This document shows, in pieces, positions 36,448-45,028 of a stretch of DNA of 64,000 nucleotides. The DNA is taken from contig CM059432.1 of assembly GCA_030390025.1 (NCBI GenBank), positions 43,340,001 to 43,404,000 on the forward strand, read 5' to 3'. The notes under the pieces were generated by a model that was given only the letters and a program-made list of their open reading frames with translations, had not been told where the DNA came from and did not search any database. This DNA is from Squalus acanthias (lineage: Eukaryota). Position numbers and translations under genes: made by a program. Every line of letters begins with the position of its first letter. Within the stretch, counting starts at the first letter, position 1.

Positions 36448-39400
36448 AGTCTCTTTGCAAGCAAAGTTATGAAGGACAGCAACCAAAGTACCAGCGAAGT
36501 TAGGATCAGTAGGCAAAACTACCTCACAAAGCGTTGACTCAATGCAGAAGTCTCTCTTTCTCTCTCTCCGAATCTCTCTCTCTCTCTCAGAACGAGTGGT
36601 GCAAAAATGTCAACCACAGAAAAAGACAGGAAGAGGCCCCCTTTAAATAGCGCCCCCCCCAGCCCCACAGCGATTGATAGCGTTCCAGTCTTCCGGTCGT
36701 TGGATGCGCCAGGCGGTAAGGCAGGGGGCGCCACTCAATTTCTGCTCCGGGGCGCTACAAGGGCGTTGCACCATGGAATGACGTCACAATCTGCGCGCGC
36801 AGGTGGTCGCGGCGGTAAAGTTTAGCGCCGCCGCACAATGTCTAGTTAAGTTCCCGAGCGGCGCAAACATCGCTGCGCCCGGGCGCTAGCGGCTTTGCGC
36901 CCCATTAGCGCCCTCTTAAGGCGCTAACGGGAGGCGCAACCAACTGAATTTTTCCCCCTTACTGTCTTCAGCTTGTGCATTAGCTTTTCATGTGGCTCTT
37001 CATTGAAAGTCTTCTGAAAGTCTATCACTGCACCTGTTAACATCTACTTGGGGTGTAACTTCTTTGACAAAAAGTCAAAAGTTCGTAAGGCAGTATTTTC
37101 TCCTTCTGAAACTTTGTTGGCTGCCAGTTACTAGATTGTAATCATATAGATACTCCTCGATATTATTCCTAATGAATGATTTCATTATTTTGTCCATTAC
37201 AGAAGCAAGACTAATAGATCTGTTGTTGCCCAGGTCAGTTTTAGCATTTTGCTTATAAATAAGTACCAAATTATCAGGCAAGTTACAGCAGACTGCTCTT
37301 GTACATCTCCTAGCAGCCTGCTTTAGAGTTGTAATGACATAGGCTTTGGAGCAAGTTGTTTGGTTACTCTCTCTTCTGGGGAATGGGACAACCTGGGAAG
37401 GGACAGAAACAATTGAAAAATGGGGACCTTAAGAAAAACATAGTGGCAATATGTTGTAACTACTTCTGTGCATGGTTAACGAGAACACTTCCTGTTTCAG
37501 CTGAATGACGGAGTTGTCAAAAAAGTCTTTACAATGCTACTTGACACTGCTTTATACTTCCTTTTTTCAAATCATCATTTGAGCTTGCAAACTTTAACTA
37601 TATTTATAGGAGTCTAATGCTTCATTTATTTATTCCTGAACAAGGTGCTGCATTTAGAATAACTGAGTTGCTATATTTTTTATTTTTTAGAATATATACA
37701 TATATATATTTGCTAAGATGCTGAATTACTATTGTGCTGAATTACCATGAGAAATGATTGGGACACAGCAGGAAATATTAAGAAAATTTTAAATCATGAT
37801 AATTAATCTTTGTTATAAATTTGTGTGGCCCAAATAGAGACTGCTATAGTCCTCAAAGGAAACAAATCACCTCTAGGTGAAGAGATGAAGATCAAATAAC
37901 ATGATATAGCTTAATAAGTTCATTTGACACTTATAGTGGCACCAATATTACTTGCATGTCAGTCAGAGAAAAAATGCTATCAAATCCAGTTACCCGATTC
38001 ACAAGATTTACCCCAAGTGCAAGACCTCTAGTTAATAATGTAATTGCCTGCATTAAGATTTATTCACCAAACCTGTTAATATAAAGATGATCACCAATGG
38101 GTGCAGTAGTGCAATTTCAATTAAATAATAGAGATTAATCGGCTTCTGTAATATTCATCAGGTTGACTAAAGGCAGCTAGCTACTAACAGCAGACCTGAT
38201 TTAATCTCTCTGTAATAGGCACAGTGCTTTGTTACAGTAGCTATTATCATATTATTTATTAAATGTCTGCCTGCGTCAATCTCTCAGAAAAGCGATTTGT
38301 GAGATGCCATATGGTAGTACTTATTATTACAACAAAATCGAAAAAGCAGACACACACAAATCAACTATATGACATGGTGATTTTTTTCAGAATGTTGTCA
38401 GTAATTACCAATTGGCAAAGCGATAGCAGAGCTTCATAACCGGAAAATTGAGGACTCTTATTCAGATGTGAATCAAACGTAAAGTACATCAAAAATGTAG
38501 GCTGCAATGCTTACTTCATTAGACACCCATGTATCAAAAACAATTTCCACTAACCAACAATAATATGTTTCATTTAACTTGTCTGCTAGAAGCTAAAAGA
38601 ATTAACTGAAAGCAAACATTTGCAGTGGCAACAACACACTGCAGATTAATGAAACATGCAGTAGCTTCTTTTCCATTGTTTTAATTGTTAGGTTACTGGT
38701 TACCCCCACCCACCGAAGAGTAACTGCTCATTAAGGGAGGAATCATTTCCCCTTATGGTGTTCTGGAATGTATATGCTTAAGTGAAGAGTCTCGCTTTCT
38801 GTATTAGTGATATGTTCATTTGCCATGCAAAAGTGGAAGTGATATTCCAGCCGAAAGGTATATTTTTACAGTACTTCATGACCAGAACGTGCAGCTTCAA
38901 TGGACAAACTGGTTACTGTTCCAGACAGATTGACAAGTCATCATAGAGTCATAACGGCACAGAAGGAGGCCATTCGGCCCATCGAGTCCGTGCCGGACCC
39001 GTTACAGTTTGGCTGCACCAGGAATATTTTAGAGCCTTCTTCAGTTTTTACTTGATTCCAAAAAAATATTGAATTAGGAAATGCTTTGAAATCACATATG
39101 ATTACTTAGTTGTGCTTTATAATACTCAAAAATGTAACATTCTATTTGACCACAAGACCTAAAGCTGCGGAAGACATTCAGTACTGAAAAGTTAACAAGC
39201 TGCCTTTACACAGTATTGCTAGTTTTTGGGGCCAAAACCCGATGGGCCTGTGATCCCGGCAATATGCCAGGAATCGGCCTTCACCGCTGACCCTGACAGA
39301 TCCTCCAAGATCAGGAGCAGTTTTTTTTTTATTCATTCATGGGATGTGGGTGTCGCTGGCAAGGCCAGCATTTATTGCCCGTCCCTAATTGCCCTCGAGA

Positions 39401-39466
39401 AGGTGGTGGTGAGCCGCCTTCTTGAACCGCTGCAGTCCGTGTGGTGAAGTCCGTCACTCTGGTCGT

Positions 39467-41818
39467 TTACGCGGCGCTTTCTTCGTGCACGCGCACGTAA
39501 CGCTCTCGCCACTCTCCCGTGTTTTCCTGTTTGGTGAGGCGCTTGCCTCTCTTGCAGTGCACGACCAATAGGTACACTACAATTATTACCTGGCATACAA
39601 CTAAAATGTGGGAGGCTATTCTAATCCAGGAAGGCACTTCAATATTGGTGAACTGATCCCACCACGGTGGGATTACTATGTCTAGGATCTCTGACCCTAT
39701 CTCGACAGTCTTTTGCTCAAGGGTATAAAAATGTTTCTGCGAAACCGCTACGGCTTTCAAAAGCTTGGTGAGGTGTTCAGGGAGAGGGGGAATGATGTAT
39801 CCGAAATGCGCGACAAATCGCTGCAAGTCGGTGAAATTCTCTTTTACTGTAAGATGAACAGTGGATGGTTCAGGGATTGGGACAATTCGCTGCTGTGCCA
39901 CTTGAACTTCAGCCCTGGGTTTAAAACAGAAACTGCTGTCACTCACCGGACACCGGCTACGGTTTCCATGCTGGTAGTGTTGCGCTGCAGTGGTAACGCA
40001 ATATGTTCCACCCCCTATGTATGCCACCTGCGGAGGCACATGATCTTGTGCCATTGCCTCCATGGTGCAATTCATGGGCTTGGCGCCAGCCATTCTGAAC
40101 CCGCACTGTGGTGATAAAAAGGCATTCAAGTGCTGGGGACACAGGTTTATGTGTGCTCCCCTGTCACGACAACCAGAGAGATCTGTACCTGTCATCGTTT
40201 GCTCCCAGCGGATGACGTAAGGTGGGACCGCTGCGTAGCGAATGTGGGATCCCCCCTGAATGACACCAATGTTCTCTACCCGATACACCGGGGCGGGCTT
40301 TGCTGTGTCGCCCAAAACCGGTATACGTAAGACTATACCCATAATGGTATGGTTTGACCGTCCGCAGTCCACGGGGACTGGGTATGCTTCTGAGGCTAGC
40401 CTGAGCTGGCACGGGCTTAATGCGTTCTGAAAAGGGTGGAGCGCCTGCAGGTGTTTGTTACTTATCTAGGACGGGACCAAACCTTGTTTTAAATCCTCCA
40501 AATTACTGCGGCCCTCGCCCAGTAACCACGCCCCGTATAGTACGCACACCTCGTTCTGCGCAGCTTGATCGGATGCATTCCGATCTTCCCTAATCAGGGC
40601 ATTTACCGTACGCGCATGTTTCTCCAGCTCAGCTATGATTTCTTTTAAGTGGATCGTCATGGCCTGGTCTTCATGTAACCCAGACCCTACCACCTTATTT
40701 TCGTCTGTAAGGATATTCTTCAATTGGGTTTTTAAACCATTAATCTGGGTCTGCAACTCCACGTTATCTAGAGCGTTGACCACAGATGTCCCTGTATTGA
40801 AAGCGGTGAACATGTCGTTCACAACACCCCTTCTTTGTCTCCCCACCTGGCCCAAAACTTCGTGTGGTGTGGTGTACAAGCTTGTCTTGTCAATCTCTGC
40901 AAAATCAAACTCGTAGAATTGTCTAAACATGTTGGTCAACAGGACTTGATATAACTGTTCCGTCTCTTTGGGGCACCACTCTGGCAACCGCACCTCGGTG
41001 AGATTTAAAATCACCGAGGCCACCGCGTAATGTACCCCCTGAAATAGTATCTGGTCTGTGGGGACCAGTACCAAACCATTCCCGGGTCCCTTACTGGTTT
41101 TAGGGCACCCTTCTTCCTGAGCCAAAACTACCGGAATCGTGGGCGGGGCCTTGCGTGGGCGCGTAATGAGTTCAGTGGTGTTTACCGGGATCGGAGAGTA
41201 TGGGGCTCCGCACCCCCTGGTGCTTACATCCCACCTCATCCCCTGCCCGTTATCCTGCCACTGATTCACGAAAAATATGGATATGCCTTTGGGGCAAACG
41301 TGCTTTGACCCCCACATACATACATAGATTCCCTCATCCGGTTCCCACCATTTGTCCCAACAGACTCTCAATTGTCCGTTAGTCCCCGTAATTGTCCGAT
41401 GGGTATTATTACCCAATCGCTCCCATTCAACCGAAGAATTCCTCATATTTCTGCTCAGCTTTCGTAGCCACCACCATCGGCTCAATGGGACATTCCCATT
41501 ACAAGTCAAACAAATCCGTTTGCCGACGGTGATGCTGACTCTGGGTGCGATGATCCTCACTTTGGGGCACATCAAAGAAGTCTCTTTATAGGCAAATCCC
41601 GATGTACTGGAATATTCAGTTGAATTCGTTCCCAGCCATCCTGGCCACCTTCCTTTGTGGAAATAAGTGGCGATCTCCTCAGCCTCTCGCCTCCCGGTCC
41701 CATCCACCGCGATGGGGGCTGTGTCCCCGGAGCATCCAAACACCACGACATCCTTGGTGCGGCCTCGATAGGCCAATCCACATCCAAATGCCGCGAGCAC
41801 TACCAGAATCCGTTCCAT
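39467..41818 (-). pseudogene. env: Envelope glycoprotein (~783 codons) with one in-frame TAG at 40466-40468
   Basis: Signal peptide MERILVVLAAFGCGLA, Ig-like motif, furin site RQRR, fusion-peptide-like GVVNDMFTAFNTGTSVVNAL, heptad repeat, Cys-rich region, TM ILVVCQVIIVVYLLVV and basic tail. ORFs 40466-41935 and 39467-40372 share a frame with 31 open codons between them. Confidence 0.85.
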
Positions 41819-42087
41819 CCTTCCTTGGTTCCTGTGATCAGATAGAATGAGGTAGCCAGCCTCCCAAGAGTCTCTGGCTTTTGTGAAGGATGAGCGGGTC
41901 CCCTGACCTCGCCTCACGTAAAAAGACATGTGCACTGGATAGACCTTTCAACTAAACCTAATCTAAACTCCCATCATTTATCTTTTACTTATCAAATTAA
42001 ACTATCAAACTTACAAACTTACAAACTATAAAACTTATCACTTATCTTATAAACTGTACAGCGCCACCCGTTCCCAGGGCGGCCTAC

Positions 42088-43200
42088 CTAAATTCTGTGA
42101 AGGCGGCCACGAGTTTTTCCCAACGGTGGGAGGGCACCGACCCCTTCCTTTGATCTGCCGCAGCCTGTCTCTGCTGCGCTGTGACTGGGCTCTCCCTGGG
42201 CTGCCTTAGCCTTCAACCTACGCTTTGGGACACTCTGGGGACTTGACCATATCTTCCTGGGCTGGGGTGTCCGACTTGACCTACGGGGAGCTACCGGGGG
42301 CAAGAACTCCAGAACCGACGGACCGGGTTTCGAGACTTCCACCGTCGCGACCTGTGGTCCCACCACAGCCGCTGGCTCCGCCTCCCCTAGCTCCGCCTCC
42401 CTGAACTCGGGATCTGCAGTCTCTGGCACCGCCCTACTTGGCCCAGTAGGCGGCCCTTCACTCGCAGTCCCTACCTCCCCCGAGGGCAAGACTCCCAAGG
42501 CGGACGGACTGGGTTCTGAGACTTCCATCGCCACGTCCTGTGGTCCCGCCACAGCCGCTGGCTCCGCCTCCCCTAGCTCCGCCCCCCTGAGTTCGGGACC
42601 TGCAGCTTCTGCTTCCACCTTGTGTGGACCTCCGCACGCAGTCCCTATCTTCCCTTTACTTGAATCGGGGGCGAACCCTTCGTCCTCCGATCCCAGCTCC
42701 TCTTCGCTCGGGTCACTATCTTGGTCAAGCTCCTTGAACTCTTCCTCATCTGACTCCCAACCCCAATAAAGGATCCTACATTTTGCTAGGATGTCCTCTC
42801 CCCTGATGCAAGCTGCTTTGCCAGCCTGCGTGCCCTGCGGTCCTACCCGGGGCTGCGAGTCCCCACTCGCAGGTTTGGCCCCTGTGGTTGGCCCTTGTGC
42901 ACCCGGCTTATACAGCTTGCACTGGTTAAAATCCTCATACTTCCTGCTTCTGGCTACCCTGCAGGCTGCTTTTATCTCTCTAAGCTGCCCTTCTAGCCCA
43001 TCTATTTTCCCCATTAAGCGGGCGTTCTCCTCCCGTAAGGCCTGCTCTCTAAGCTGCCCTTCTAGCCCGTCTACTTTCCCCATTAAGCGGGCGTTCTCCT
43101 CCCGCAGGGCCTGCTCTTTTAACCTGGCCTCCTTACAGGAGACCCCCTCCTGTGCATGTCTTTTAAAAGGACACAGGTAGGCAGGCTGCGTGGGCTCTAG
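42088..43200 (-). CDS. ORFX: unknown coiled-coil plus acidic/Pro-Ala-rich protein, in frame with gag through a UGA-CUAG stop
   Basis: Open for 370 codons from the codon right after the gag stop. Contains a 2x23-aa coiled-coil repeat, a 2x ~38-aa AELGEAEPAAV repeat and a basic C-terminus. No pol motifs. Confidence 0.65.
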   Translation of the reverse strand, partial: LEPTQPAYLCPFKRHAQEGVSCKEARLKEQALREENARLMGKVDGLEGQLREQALREENARLMGKIDGLEGQLREIKAACRVARSRKYEDFNQCKLYKPGAQGPTTGAKPASGDSQPRVGPQGTQAGKAACIRGEDILAKCRILYWGWESDEEEFKELDQDSDPSEEELGSEDEGFAPDSSKGKIGTACGGPHKVEAEAAGPELRGAELGEAEPAAVAGPQDVAMEVSEPSPSALGVLPSGEVGTASEGPPTGPSRAVPETADPEFREAELGEAEPAAVVGPQVATVEVSKPGPSVLEFLPPVAPRRSSRTPQPRKIWSSPQSVPKRRLKAKAAQGEPSHSAAETGCGRSKEGVGALPPLGKTRGRLHRI

Positions 43201-45024
43201 TCATTGGGTACTGTTGGACGGGGCTGCGGCATCTGTGGGGCCGGTAGCGACTGCTACCCTTCCTTGCGAAATCATGAGGGTCCGCATGGCTCCCAGCATT
43301 GATTCTATCGCATCGGGATGGATATGCACACCAGCTCCCTTATCGGGGGCAGGCGCCTGGGCTCGGGCTGCGGGATTTTTATCCCTGGACTCTTTCCAAG
43401 GGTTCCTGCAGTTCTTGCGCCAGTGCCCTGTCTTTCCGCACCCGAAACAAGCATTACTGGCTTGTGGGACGCGATTTCCCTCCTGATGCCACTCCTTTTG
43501 AGCCGGGGCGGTGGGCCGTGCCTCATGCACCTTTCCCTTAAGGGGACGCGCCCCCGTGCTCCTTGTGTTACGGTATCCTACCGTGAGTCGATTTAAGACC
43601 GACTCCTCTGTTGTGGCGGGGTTAGTGGGATCAAACCACGCTTTTGCCTGCTCCCTGAAGGCTGGCAAACTGTTGGCTACTACACACCTGAGCCAATGAG
43701 TTAAACCAACGCCGTCCAAATAGGCGCGCTCTGGCGCCCCTGGGCAGCTACGCTGGTATACTGGCCACAGCCTGTCGGCGAAAACCTTCAGGAGTTCTCC
43801 CTCCATCTGCACTGTCTGTCCCAATCTAACGAACGGACCTTCATTGTCCGCCCCCAACACTTCCAGGACCTCGTCCCTTAATTCCCCATAGGTATGATCT
43901 CCCCTTTTGCTCGCGTCTGAGAGACACTGTAGGACCGAGCTGTCTAATGAGAACAGCAGCATTTTTGCCTTTTCCCCATCGTCGCAGCCGTTAATGGCTG
44001 CGGTCTGCTCTACCTCCCTGAAATGTACGGAAGGGTCGTCTGACTCGGACAGCTTCCGTATGTGACTGATCATAGCCCTCAGCTGGTGTGCATTATGCGG
44101 CAACACAAGCTGGCTGAGGAGATACCCCGCTTCCCCACCTTCTCCGTTCGGGCCCCTCTTGATACCCGTGACCGGACACAACGGTCCCGGCTTCACTACT
44201 ACTTCAGGGGATTGTACTACCTCGGGGACCTCTTCCTCTACTTCTACCACTTCCTCCCTTACCCAGGTTGCCGAATAGCTGGGTGGCGCGGAGGGCACAG
44301 TGGCAAATACCTCCTCTGCTTTGTTTGGTAGGGATTTTTTGAATTCCCCACCCACCAGCGGCTGGTGTGCTGACGGGCTGATAAGGCACACCATGCCGTG
44401 CGCTTTATTCAGGGCCTCTTTAAGGTTCCCTATCTCTCTCTGGCAGACGCTGTGGTCGGCCCCCTCATGTTTATCTTCAAGGGCCATCTTATATGCCGCC
44501 CTAACTCCCTTCAAGCTTTCTTCTTGGGCTTTTATTTGAGCAGCTAGGCGGGCACATCGTTCCCTGATTCTGCCCTCATTTAATTTTGCCTCAGTGAACT
44601 GGCACTCGAGGTAATCTATTTTAGCCTCATGGTGGTTGGCTACTATCTGGCGTTCCTGATGCAACGCATTTAAAGACGCGATGAGCTGCTGCCCCCCCGC
44701 AACCTTTTCCTCCATCTCCACCACCAAACCCGTGATCTGAGCTGCCTGCGCTACGATGACCTGGTCCGAAAGCTGGACTTGCCTTTTATAACACATCAGC
44801 CAGACCGCTTTCTCTACCGATTTTCTGTGCTCTTTACTGCCTGTCCACCTGATGGCTGCGTCTAGCGGACGCTTATCCACCAGCAGGTCACTTATCCATC
44901 TCTTAGTCAAATTAACCTTACCAAACACATAATCGGCTATTCTCTCTTCCATAACATTTCGCCCATTCATACCAGGGTCTAACACATTACTTTCTCGCTG
45001 CCAGTGTCCCTTCGTGGTCGCCAT
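43201..45024 (-). CDS. gag: Gag (N-terminal helical/coiled-coil region, capsid-like region, CCHC nucleocapsid)
   Basis: 607-aa open ORF directly after the LTR, with zinc knuckle CFGCGKTGHWRKNC and capsid-like DDPSVHFREVEQTAAINGCDDGEKAKMLLFSL. The first ATG overlaps the PBS, so the true start may be a downstream Met. Confidence 0.88.
   Translation of the reverse strand: MATTKGHWQRESNVLDPGMNGRNVMEERIADYVFGKVNLTKRWISDLLVDKRPLDAAIRWTGSKEHRKSVEKAVWLMCYKRQVQLSDQVIVAQAAQITGLVVEMEEKVAGGQQLIASLNALHQERQIVANHHEAKIDYLECQFTEAKLNEGRIRERCARLAAQIKAQEESLKGVRAAYKMALEDKHEGADHSVCQREIGNLKEALNKAHGMVCLISPSAHQPLVGGEFKKSLPNKAEEVFATVPSAPPSYSATWVREEVVEVEEEVPEVVQSPEVVVKPGPLCPVTGIKRGPNGEGGEAGYLLSQLVLPHNAHQLRAMISHIRKLSESDDPSVHFREVEQTAAINGCDDGEKAKMLLFSLDSSVLQCLSDASKRGDHTYGELRDEVLEVLGADNEGPFVRLGQTVQMEGELLKVFADRLWPVYQRSCPGAPERAYLDGVGLTHWLRCVVANSLPAFREQAKAWFDPTNPATTEESVLNRLTVGYRNTRSTGARPLKGKVHEARPTAPAQKEWHQEGNRVPQASNACFGCGKTGHWRKNCRNPWKESRDKNPAARAQAPAPDKGAGVHIHPDAIESMLGAMRTLMISQGRVAVATGPTDAAAPSNSTQ
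45006..45023 (-). promoter_or_regulatory. Primer-binding site complementary to tRNA-Arg(UCG)
   Basis: Minus strand TGGCGACCACGAAGGGAC. The plus strand GTCCCTTCGTGGTCG-CCA matches the 3' 18 nt of vertebrate tRNA-Arg-TCG as I recall it. Confidence 0.85.
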
Positions 45025-45028
45025 TATC

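Larger units (their letters stand above)
32803..36958. mobile_element. Full-length PIF/Harbinger DNA transposon with two convergent genes
   Basis: TIR GGGGGAAAAA / TTTTTCCCCC, TSD TTA, GCGCC-rich subterminal regions, Myb gene (+) and DDE transposase (-). Confidence 0.95.

Noticed and set aside
40466..40468. Programmed readthrough within env, or two separate env genes
   Set aside because: The context (TAG ATA) is not a readthrough motif and Trp fits the position. It is most likely a nonsense mutation.
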